From Candidatus Levyibacteriota bacterium (lineage in GTDB: Bacteria > Patescibacteriota > Microgenomatia > Levybacterales > UBA12049): a DNA stretch of 64,000 bases. The notes below the pieces were generated by a model. It searched no databases, was not told the origin of the DNA, and saw nothing but the letters and a program-made list of their open reading frames with translations. A program made the position numbers and the translations under genes. The stretch covers positions 136,203 to 200,202 of the forward strand of contig JBPOIT010000009.1 of the NCBI GenBank assembly GCA_052034235.1. Reading direction: 5' to 3'. Each line of letters starts with the position of its first letter. Position 1 is the first letter of the stretch. Below, in pieces: positions 8,263 through 16,438 of the stretch.

Positions 8263-8370
8263 TCAAGCAAATTGCCTGGATTGGAAGCTAAAATTACGTT
8301 CACTGAGGATTGGATACCATTTAAAGACATAGTCTTCAATTCGTCTCCAACTTATTTCGCCTATGTCCAC
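8263..8370 (-). other. Detached 3' tail of the recombinase gene (35 aa), in frame upon excision; includes attR site A
   Basis: Joining at TCCAC gives ...KNGS-VDIGEISWRRIEDYVFKWYPILSERNFSFQSRQFA*. Confidence 0.75.
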
Positions 8371-8374
8371 CAAT

Positions 8375-8400
8375 AAAGCCGCAGTAATGCGGCTTTTTTT
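8375..8400 (+). terminator. Intrinsic terminator (displaced tmRNA terminator)
   Basis: AAAGCCGCA-GTAA-TGCGGCTTT plus T-run, immediately after TCCACCA. Confidence 0.85.
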
Positions 8401-8448
8401 GTGGATTAGCAATACTTTACAATCAAACTGACAAAAACAAAGAGTCAC

Positions 8449-8489
8449 TTGACAATCTACTTGACAATTGTATACTAATAGTTTACAAT
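8449..8489 (+). promoter_or_regulatory. Two overlapping sigma70 promoters with repeated TGACAA/TTACAA boxes
   Basis: TTGACA(8461)-17-TACAAT-7-ATG; TTGACA(8449)-16-TATACT. Confidence 0.7.
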
Positions 8490-8496
8490 TGTCAGT

Positions 8497-9534
8497 ATGG
8501 ATACGAAAAGTAAAATTCTTGAGATAGCATCAAAGGAAACAAAATTTAAAACGTCAGATGTTGTGAAATCGTTGCGTGGAAATGTATCAAGACAATTTAT
8601 AAGCTACGAGATAAATAATCTAGTAAAACAGGGCATACTTGTAAAAGGTGGTTCTACTAAAAACTCATTTTATACGTTACCCTCAAATGCAATTGTTCTT
8701 GGAACTAAATTTCATAAACGGTTAACGAATAAAGATCTCAAGGAACATGAGGTATTTGATAAATTGCAGCATCAAACTACTTTCATTGAAAATTTAAGAG
8801 AAAATGTATATAGCATTCTTGCATATGCATTCTCTGAGATGCTGAACAATGCGATAGAACACTCAGAATCAAAATATATTGAAGTCTCTGTCGAAAAAAT
8901 ACAAGATAATTTTGTTTTTGTTGTAGATGATTTTGGAATTGGAGTTTTTAGAAATGTGATGAATAAAAGAAAACTTAATTCTGAAATTGAAGCAATACAA
9001 GATCTTCTAAAAGGTAAAACAACAACACAACCACAAGCGCATTCAGGAGAAGGGATATTCTTTACGTCAAAAGCTGCAGATGTATTTATATTGGAAAGCT
9101 TTGGATACAGATTGAGAATAGATAATGTAATAAACGACATCTTTCTAGAAGAATTAAAACCATCAAAACAAGGAACTAGAGTTACTTTTACCATTTCGAT
9201 AAACTCAAAAAGACATCTAAATAAGATTTTTAAGGACTATCAAACTGATCCTGAAGAAATGGCTTTTGATAAAACAGAAGTCAAAGTGAGACTTTACACA
9301 ATGGGAACAATTTATATTTCGCGCTCTCAAGCTAGAAGAGTATTAACAGACTTAGAAAAATTTCGATCAGTTATTCTTGACTTCGATAAAGTTCCGACCA
9401 TTGGACAAGCATTTGCAGATGAAATTTTTAGAGTATTTCAGACAAAACATCCAGAAATAACAATAAAGCCAATCAATATGAATGATGCAGTTTCTTTTAT
9501 GATAGGTCGTGTAGAAAAACTAAACTCTGATTAG
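8497..9534 (+). CDS. wHTH + HATPase_c + STAS-like (DUF4325) protein
   Basis: SEMLNNAIEHS, DDFGIG, HSGEGIFF, GTRV; C-terminal SRSQARR..LDF..V..IGQAFADEIFR. Confidence 0.85.
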   Translation: MDTKSKILEIASKETKFKTSDVVKSLRGNVSRQFISYEINNLVKQGILVKGGSTKNSFYTLPSNAIVLGTKFHKRLTNKDLKEHEVFDKLQHQTTFIENLRENVYSILAYAFSEMLNNAIEHSESKYIEVSVEKIQDNFVFVVDDFGIGVFRNVMNKRKLNSEIEAIQDLLKGKTTTQPQAHSGEGIFFTSKAADVFILESFGYRLRIDNVINDIFLEELKPSKQGTRVTFTISINSKRHLNKIFKDYQTDPEEMAFDKTEVKVRLYTMGTIYISRSQARRVLTDLEKFRSVILDFDKVPTIGQAFADEIFRVFQTKHPEITIKPINMNDAVSFMIGRVEKLNSD

Positions 9535-9643
9535 AATCTGCTTCGTCGTTTATCCCAGTTACTTAATGAGGTATACCATGAGAATAAATTATGCCTTGAC
9601 TGCAAAAGTAGAAACCACTTCCAATTATAATCTTAATTCTTGT

Positions 9644-9668
9644 TCCAACTTATATCTAAAGTGTCCAC
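9644..9668. repeat. att-like site B with degenerate recombinase tail
   Basis: TCCAACTTATATCTAAAGTGTCCAC; minus strand reads VDTLDISWNKN*DYNWKWFLLL. Confidence 0.7.
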
Positions 9669-9795
9669 AAGTTTAAAATCCTGTTACAATTAGCGTTTTT
9701 ATTATTAATAATCATTTTCTAAAAATGCGAAATACCCGTTTAGCTACGTTATTAACTAAGCTTAAGATTATTAATTAAATTTTTCTTTTTTCTCT

Positions 9796-10887
9796 TCACC
9801 GCGGTTTATATTTTAACTTTTGCACTGGATTATCAATAAGCAGAAGTAGCATAATTGATGCAATAACCGTTACAATAATAATCGTCAAACTAAAAAGAGG
9901 ATTTTGCATAGCAAAATTAAGGTAATAAGTATTATAAATCTGGATTACAAATATATGTGTTATATACATTGGATAGGATAAACGGCCCACAAAATTATCC
10001 ACCTTGCTCAATTTTGTAAGCTTAAAAATAAATGGAATAGATACTACTAGGAGAATATATAACAGTATACGAAATGGATTATAGGTGTATAAATCTATTC
10101 CTGGAATTTGTGAATAGAAGACAATACTAAAAACGAGGGTTGCAAACAGAATCCATGGAATTTTTGACGGTACATGTTTCAATCGTATATACCTATACAG
10201 TAAATATGAATAATGCCCAGCGAGGAAAAAACAAATTTCAGCTGGGAAGAAACGATAAGGCCACGGTTCAAAAGTTAAACCTATTACATAGAGAAAACAT
10301 TTTATAAAAAGACTTAGTGAAAAAACAGTGAGAATAAATTTCCATCCGCGTTTAAAGATAAACGGAGCAATCACATAAAAACTTAACTCTATTCCAAGGG
10401 TCCAAGCCTGTGGAACAAAAAGAAAACTTTCCAGCCAGATTTTTGTCGTAGTATATTGCTGCGTAAAAAACAGTAATCCGGTATGAGTATTTAAACTCAT
10501 AAAAAAGAGCATGTCTTGACCAAAAAGAAATAAATTTGTAAATATAAAATAAAGTAAGGTCAAAGGATTCATATAAGGTATATATGTAATATAGGCAATG
10601 AAATGATTATCTAAATGTGCAAAATGCCAAAATAATGAGGTTATAAATACCATCAGAAGTACTGTCCAGTACATCGGATACAATCGCAAGAATCTGTTTT
10701 TCAGAAAGTGTATATAGGTCTTCTGGCCTTTATTATATTTTTCATGCAAGACTAGAGACATATAAAACCCAGAAAGGATAAAAAATGATTCGACAGCAGT
10801 CATACCTCCTACTAATTTAACACCAAAAATTGGCAATGTATGTCCAACTATTACAGCCACTGCAAGCAAAAAACGTATTAATCCCAT
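9796..10887 (-). CDS. Acyltransferase-3 (OafA-like) membrane O-acyltransferase
   Basis: RFLLAVAVIVGH, FFILSGF, RFLRLYP, WTLGIELSFY, GRLSYPMYITH; start moved to MGLIRF. Confidence 0.9.
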   Translation of the reverse strand: MGLIRFLLAVAVIVGHTLPIFGVKLVGGMTAVESFFILSGFYMSLVLHEKYNKGQKTYIHFLKNRFLRLYPMYWTVLLMVFITSLFWHFAHLDNHFIAYITYIPYMNPLTLLYFIFTNLFLFGQDMLFFMSLNTHTGLLFFTQQYTTTKIWLESFLFVPQAWTLGIELSFYVIAPFIFKRGWKFILTVFSLSLFIKCFLYVIGLTFEPWPYRFFPAEICFFLAGHYSYLLYRYIRLKHVPSKIPWILFATLVFSIVFYSQIPGIDLYTYNPFRILLYILLVVSIPFIFKLTKLSKVDNFVGRLSYPMYITHIFVIQIYNTYYLNFAMQNPLFSLTIIIVTVIASIMLLLLIDNPVQKLKYKPR

Positions 10888-11004
10888 GTGAATTGAGTTT
10901 AGCAGACGAATATAGCGTATGTATATCGGAATGCCAATCGGCACCGTAACACTGATCGTATATGGTTGTTCACGAGCATCGGAAAAAATACCATATACAT
11001 CCTT

Positions 11005-11029
11005 TCCAATATATTTCAGATTTGTCCAC
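11005..11029. repeat. att-like site C with degenerate recombinase tail
   Basis: TCCAATATATTTCAGATTTGTCCAC; minus strand reads VDKSEIYWKGCIWYFFRCS*. Confidence 0.7.
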
Positions 11030-11035
11030 ATAATT

Positions 11036-11059
11036 AAGCCGCAGTAATGCAGCTTTTTT
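11036..11059 (+). terminator. Second copy of the tmRNA-type terminator (one stem mismatch)
   Basis: AAGCCGCAGTAATGCAGCTTTTTT versus AAGCCGCAGTAATGCGGCTTTTTT at 8376. Confidence 0.75.
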
Positions 11060-11087
11060 ATTGGTATAATAGATTGCGGGTGGCTTC

Positions 11088-12608
11088 ATGACTCCAAAAA
11101 AAATCTTTCTGCTTCTTATTCCTTTTATATATCTTCTTTTTCTGCTTTTAAAAGTTGATCCGAGTTTCGATGTGGATTTGGGGAGGCATATTAAAATGGG
11201 CCAGATTATTAGTGAGTGTGGTTGTGTTCCTGATCAAAATTTATTTTCGTTTACACACCCGGAATATAAAACGGTAACACATTCATGGCTAAGTGAAGTG
11301 ATTTTTTTCCAATTTGCATCTCTCTTTGGGATTACAAGTTTACTTTATTTGAAGGCAGGAATTATAGTTATTACCTTTGGGATAGTTTATATGTTTTCTG
11401 TAAAGAAAGAAGCGTTTCTTACCTCCGTTTTATTTAGTCTACTTACAGTTGCGATTTTTGCAACAAGATTTACCGTTAGACCTGAACTCTTTAGTTATCT
11501 TTTTATTGCGCTTTTCCTGCTCATTTTCGAACTCTATAAAAGAAGGCATAAAATGATATTTTTATGGCTTTTGCCGTTTATAACTGTGCTTTGGGTTAAT
11601 ATGCATATTTATTTTTTTCTGGCATTCTTGCTGTTTGCATCTTTCTTGGTTGAAGATATAATCACAAACAAAAAATTTAATAAGGCATTTATTCCGCTTT
11701 CTCTTGTTATGTTATGTGCGCCATTTATTAATCCAGCTTTTGTTGCAGGAGCGTTCTATCCGCTGCATATCTTTAATAATTACGGGGCGCCAATAATTGA
11801 GAATTACCCGGCTGCAAGACTACTTACTTTTTATACTCCTTTGTCACCACAATTTATAACGATTCTTATTTTTGAAGTGATTAGTTGTTTTGCATTGGCA
11901 GGAGTACTTTTATATCCAAGAAAAAAAATGATAGCAGTAAAAGTGAATACAACAGTCGGAATTTTACTGGGGCAACTATTAATTCGTTGTATGGCCCTTT
12001 TTTCACTCCTTGGCTTACCGTTCGTTATAAAAGAATATATTTATCTTGAAAAGCATGTGACAAAGTCTGCGAAAAAAAAATTCGCCATAGTTCTCAATGG
12101 CGTATTGTTGATAAGTTTTATCATCCTTTTTGTTACGCAGATAAAACAAATCATCATGTATGAACAATTACATTTTGGTTTTCAAATGTCTCAAGAAAGA
12201 GCGGTTAATTTCTTTTCGAAAAATAATCTACAGGGAAATATTTTTAACAATCCATCAGTCGGAAATTATTTAGTTTATCGTCTTTATCCAAATCAAAAAG
12301 TATTTATTGATAGTAGACCGGAAGCGTATCCCTCAATTATTTTTGACGAATATTTCAAAATGCTGCAAGATAAAAATTATTTTAATGAGCAGGCCGAAAA
12401 GTATAACATCAATGTGATATTTTTTAGTCCGATAGAATATCCACAATTTTCAAGGACATTTCTAGCAAATATAATAGATGATTCTCATTGGGCACCGGTT
12501 TATTGGGATGGAAATGTTATGATTTTTGTTAAGAATACAAAGGAAAACGAAATCATTATTAAAGAGAATAGCCAATTGAGAACTATGCTACTCAGAACAC
12601 TACATTAA
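11088..12608 (+). CDS. GT-C-like polytopic membrane protein (paralog 1)
   Basis: DVDLGRH..G, HSWL, RPELF, WVNMH, NP, FIDSRPEAY. Confidence 0.7.
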   Translation: MTPKKIFLLLIPFIYLLFLLLKVDPSFDVDLGRHIKMGQIISECGCVPDQNLFSFTHPEYKTVTHSWLSEVIFFQFASLFGITSLLYLKAGIIVITFGIVYMFSVKKEAFLTSVLFSLLTVAIFATRFTVRPELFSYLFIALFLLIFELYKRRHKMIFLWLLPFITVLWVNMHIYFFLAFLLFASFLVEDIITNKKFNKAFIPLSLVMLCAPFINPAFVAGAFYPLHIFNNYGAPIIENYPAARLLTFYTPLSPQFITILIFEVISCFALAGVLLYPRKKMIAVKVNTTVGILLGQLLIRCMALFSLLGLPFVIKEYIYLEKHVTKSAKKKFAIVLNGVLLISFIILFVTQIKQIIMYEQLHFGFQMSQERAVNFFSKNNLQGNIFNNPSVGNYLVYRLYPNQKVFIDSRPEAYPSIIFDEYFKMLQDKNYFNEQAEKYNINVIFFSPIEYPQFSRTFLANIIDDSHWAPVYWDGNVMIFVKNTKENEIIIKENSQLRTMLLRTLH

Positions 12609-12643
12609 AAAGTATTACTGCTCTCGTGTATAATTATTTATAG

Positions 12644-14047
12644 ATGCATACTCGTTTAATGGTGGTTCTATTTCTACTCTTTCTCTCTCTGTTCTTTTTT
12701 AAAAGCCTTGCACTTGATCCTGATTTAGGTTGGCATCTTGCAACTGGTAGTTATATATTATCATATGGATTTCCACAGACAGACCCTTTTTCTTATAGCA
12801 TGCCTAGTTATCCAATCATTTTTTATGCTTGGTTAACAGATGTTATACTCGCAAGTCTTTATAAAGTAGTAGGTATTCCAGGACTAGCATTTCTTGTCGC
12901 TGCGTTTGCAATTGCTAGTCTTTGGTTGCTTCTTCCAAAATCAAAACAAAATCACATTGTTATACCACTATTGTTATGTGGCTCGACATTGTTATTTGTA
13001 ATAGGTATTAGAGCACAGGTTTTTACCTGGTTACTATTTGCATTGTTCCTCTTAGTACTAAAAAAAGAAAAGAAACAGAAATATATCCTACTGCCGATTA
13101 TCTTTTTGTTTTGGGCCAATATGCATGGGAGTTTCATTTTAGGTCTAGGTATAGTTGCACTCCATAGTATTATTGCTGTCTATACACGTAAGAAAAATTA
13201 CTTACATGATATAGCAGCTGGTTGCATTACCTTTCTCGTAACATTGATTAATCCTTATGGTCTGAAATTGTGGGAAGAGACCTTTCAAATTATATTTTGG
13301 ACTGAGAAACATTTTTTACTTCTAGATTGGTTCCCTGGAATCTTTGTTCCTTATATTCCACTCTGGATTATTTTCTTTTTATCAACGTTTTTCCTTTATA
13401 AATTAGCTAATCGATACACTTTATTTGAGAAAATAGGTTTTATTGTGCTTTTTAGCATTGCAATGGGCGCGATTATCGATATACCCTATTTCGCAATTTT
13501 TGCTTTTCCAATTCTCATAAAAGGTTACAACTATTATCTAGCTGAACCAAAGACAGAGAAAAAACTATTTCTTTCAAGCAGACGTTTTCTTAGTATTATT
13601 TGTCTCGTTATCTTTCTTCACGGAATATTCTTGTTTTATGCAAAACCATATCCTGAAAATGCAGTACGTTATTTAGACAGCCAAAATATTCGAGGGAATA
13701 TTTTTACCGACTTTAATTGGGGTGGATATATTTTATGGGCTTTACCGGATAAAAAAATCTTCATCGATGGACAAATGACTCATTGGAAACAACAAAATAC
13801 ACAAATTGGAGAAAGTGTTAATGCGTTTCAAGAATATCTTCGTATTGCTAGTAGGAAAGAGAGCATAGCAAAATTCACGACAAAATATCATATAAATACT
13901 TTGATTCTGCCGCCGGGCTTTGGAGATTCACATGTTTCAAACGGAGCGAAATTATATCCAGCAGTCTCAGTACAACTCATGAAAGGTGGCTGGGAAATTA
14001 TATATAAAGACGAAATAGCAATTGTTTATCGCAAGATAAGTAAGTAA
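12644..14047 (+). CDS. GT-C-like polytopic membrane protein (paralog 2)
   Basis: DPDLGWHLATG, DPFSY, WANMHG, NPYG, WGGY, FIDG. Confidence 0.7.
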   Translation: MHTRLMVVLFLLFLSLFFFKSLALDPDLGWHLATGSYILSYGFPQTDPFSYSMPSYPIIFYAWLTDVILASLYKVVGIPGLAFLVAAFAIASLWLLLPKSKQNHIVIPLLLCGSTLLFVIGIRAQVFTWLLFALFLLVLKKEKKQKYILLPIIFLFWANMHGSFILGLGIVALHSIIAVYTRKKNYLHDIAAGCITFLVTLINPYGLKLWEETFQIIFWTEKHFLLLDWFPGIFVPYIPLWIIFFLSTFFLYKLANRYTLFEKIGFIVLFSIAMGAIIDIPYFAIFAFPILIKGYNYYLAEPKTEKKLFLSSRRFLSIICLVIFLHGIFLFYAKPYPENAVRYLDSQNIRGNIFTDFNWGGYILWALPDKKIFIDGQMTHWKQQNTQIGESVNAFQEYLRIASRKESIAKFTTKYHINTLILPPGFGDSHVSNGAKLYPAVSVQLMKGGWEIIYKDEIAIVYRKISK

Positions 14048-14065
14048 CTCGTGTATAATGAAACA

Positions 14066-14914
14066 ATGTGGTTGTCTTTACTCTCACTTCATTTGGTAGG
14101 AAATGTTGGCTACAATTTGCTTCTTAGAAAGTCAGTCCTCGCAAAAACTGATAAATGGTTACTCGCCACTATCCTTCAAACAGGGATTGCCATTCCAGCT
14201 TTAATCATAACTCTTTTTAAACCATTCAATTTTTCAGGTTTTAATGATTTTGATATTTTTTTGTTTATCAGTACGATGACTTTAACGATTCTTTTGCAAG
14301 TGTTAAATGTTAAAGCATTGCAGTATCTTGAAGCAAGTGTCTATTCCGTCGTTTATAATACTCGAATTATTCTCATTTCTATTATCGGAACATTACTGTT
14401 GGCCGAAAAATTAACGCCTTTACAAATTATTGGCGGTTTGCTCATTTTTGGTTCTGTTTTTATTGTTAGACAAAAAGAAAAATTTACTGTCACAAAAATC
14501 GGTTTGCTATACGGTTTTGGAGCTGCATTGACGTTGAGTTTTCTTAACGTAACAGAAAAACTTTTAAATCAGAGTGTTGGATTTTTTGAATATTTTTTAC
14601 CTGAATCTATTGCGTGTGCTGTTATTATGTGGGTAATCGTCATAATCCGAAAGACAAAAGTATCCTCGACGCTTTTTACAAAACCCTCAAATATTTTTCT
14701 GATGGGTTTTCGTGCATTATCTGCATTTGGTTTTTCAGCGGCGATTATTTATGGGCCTGTTGCGCTTTCAAATTACATAGCTAGTTTGATCGTTGTTTTG
14801 ACGGTTATTTGTGGTGTACTTTTTCTAAACGAACGCGATTATCTGAAATCAAAAATAATTGCAGCTAGCATTGCCTTTATTGGTTTAACATGTATTTTAT
14901 TTGCAGGATTTTAA
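14066..14914 (+). CDS. EamA/DMT family transporter
   Basis: About 10 TM segments in two repeats, LLAEKL..Q..G, LFLNE; ATG 6 nt after TATAAT. Confidence 0.8.
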   Translation: MWLSLLSLHLVGNVGYNLLLRKSVLAKTDKWLLATILQTGIAIPALIITLFKPFNFSGFNDFDIFLFISTMTLTILLQVLNVKALQYLEASVYSVVYNTRIILISIIGTLLLAEKLTPLQIIGGLLIFGSVFIVRQKEKFTVTKIGLLYGFGAALTLSFLNVTEKLLNQSVGFFEYFLPESIACAVIMWVIVIIRKTKVSSTLFTKPSNIFLMGFRALSAFGFSAAIIYGPVALSNYIASLIVVLTVICGVLFLNERDYLKSKIIAASIAFIGLTCILFAGF

Positions 14915-16426
14915 ATGCAAAAAATATTACTTTCTCTCTGCTGCATTGTACTTTTTTTACTACTTTTCGTGGGGGTTTTTCATCCTATAAAATCAATTAA
15001 TGAAGATTTAGGTAGGCATTTGCTCCTCGGAGAAATCATTAGTCAGACAGGAAATGTTCCAACAATTAATCTTCTTTCTTATACCTATCATGACTACCCG
15101 TTTATTAATTCTCATTGGCTTTCCGAGGTTGTTTTTTACCAAGTAGTAAGCAGGGGAGGATTTGTGATGTTACTATTTTTCACAACTATGCTAACTGTTG
15201 TTTCCTTTTCCTTACTTTTTACTTTCGCGAGTAAACATTATGCTTTATCATATAGTTTATTAACGGGTGTTGTCTTACTGCCTGTTATTTTGAGAAGGAG
15301 TGAAATACGTCCTGAAGTTTTCAGTTTTTTCTTTGAAGCAATTTTTCTCCTGATTCTTTTTACTTATAGATCTAAATATACGAAATGGATTTATCTTCTT
15401 ATTCCGTTGCAAATACTTTGGGTTAATATGCATATCTATTTTGTGATAGGAATAATTCTTATCATAATCTTTCTTTTTGATTTACTTGTTAGACAAAAAT
15501 TTCATTTAAATTATAAAACAAAGGTATTAACTTTTGTTTTTCTTATTACTGTATTAAGTACTCTCTTTAATCCGAATGGTATACATGGTTCACTTTTCCC
15601 TTTTTTCGTTTTGCAAAATTATGGAATGCCCATTCTTGAGAATCAAAGTATTTTTCTCATCACTAATCAAAATCATATCTTTCAACTTGCGTATAGCGTG
15701 CTAATCATCATCGCAGTATTCATGGCCCTTTTCTTAAACAGAAAAAAGACTTCTTCGAGTGATTGGCTACTGGTTATCGTTTTTTCAATTTTGGCGTTTA
15801 CTGCTGTTCGAAATATTCCTCTTTATGCATATGCAGTGTATGTGCCATTAACTGCTTTATTTTCCAGATACATACCTTTAGTGGGTAAGATCTTCTCAAA
15901 TATTTATTCAAAAACGTTTGTAAAATCACTCAAACTATTTTCTCTCTCTATGCTCATCATTTTTTTAATATTCTATCTTTTTACTATTTCGACAACACGT
16001 CCTTTTGGATTCGGTGTTATTGAAAATGCAAAAGGAAGCGCTGATTTTTTTCTCAAAAACAAGTTACAAGGTCCCATGTTTAATAATTTCAATACGGGCA
16101 GTTATTATGCTTACAGATTTTATCCCAAAGAAAAAATATTTGTTGATGGAAGACCTGAGGCGTATCCAAAAGCATTTTTTGAAGATATCTATCTTCCGAT
16201 GAGAAGAAATCCTCAAATGTTTGCAAAACAAATGAAGGTGTATGATTTTAATACGATCATTATTTCAGACTGGAAATATGGCGGAGTAGAAAAGAACGTT
16301 ATTGAAATGTTGCAAAATGACAAGAGGTACGCATTAGTATATCTTGATGAACATGAATTAATTTTTGTAAAACGAATTACGGAGCATACAGAAGTTATAT
16401 CTCATTACGCTATCGAAAATGAATAA
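14915..16426 (+). CDS. GT-C-like polytopic membrane protein (paralog 3)
   Basis: EDLGRHLLLG, SHWL, RPEVF, WVNMH, NPNG, FVDGRPEAY. Confidence 0.7.
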   Translation: MQKILLSLCCIVLFLLLFVGVFHPIKSINEDLGRHLLLGEIISQTGNVPTINLLSYTYHDYPFINSHWLSEVVFYQVVSRGGFVMLLFFTTMLTVVSFSLLFTFASKHYALSYSLLTGVVLLPVILRRSEIRPEVFSFFFEAIFLLILFTYRSKYTKWIYLLIPLQILWVNMHIYFVIGIILIIIFLFDLLVRQKFHLNYKTKVLTFVFLITVLSTLFNPNGIHGSLFPFFVLQNYGMPILENQSIFLITNQNHIFQLAYSVLIIIAVFMALFLNRKKTSSSDWLLVIVFSILAFTAVRNIPLYAYAVYVPLTALFSRYIPLVGKIFSNIYSKTFVKSLKLFSLSMLIIFLIFYLFTISTTRPFGFGVIENAKGSADFFLKNKLQGPMFNNFNTGSYYAYRFYPKEKIFVDGRPEAYPKAFFEDIYLPMRRNPQMFAKQMKVYDFNTIIISDWKYGGVEKNVIEMLQNDKRYALVYLDEHELIFVKRITEHTEVISHYAIENE

Positions 16427-16438
16427 CATATTCTAACT

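Larger units (their letters stand above)
1116..8370. mobile_element. Serine-recombinase integrative element (~7.25 kb) in the tmRNA 3' end; attL core TCCAC 1116-1120, attR core TCCAC 8366-8370
   Basis: Recombinase overlaps the tmRNA end; the displaced tmRNA end TCCACCA plus terminator reappears at 8366-8400; accessory-type cargo in between. Confidence 0.85.

Noticed and set aside
1116-8370. Prophage or ICE
   Set aside because: No capsid, terminase, relaxase, T4SS or replicase genes recognised.
8263-8448. 61-aa ORF as an independent gene
   Set aside because: Its first 26 codons run through a terminator and promoter region; only the part beyond the TCCAC core looks meaningful, as the recombinase tail.
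8346-11029. CRISPR array or classical integron attC sites
   Set aside because: Spacing is ~1.3 kb, there are no cas genes or tyrosine integrase, and the sites lack attC palindromic structure.
10888-11031. 48-aa N-terminal extension of the acyltransferase
   Set aside because: Family similarity starts at MGLIRF; the extension overlaps att site C in a different frame from the tail.
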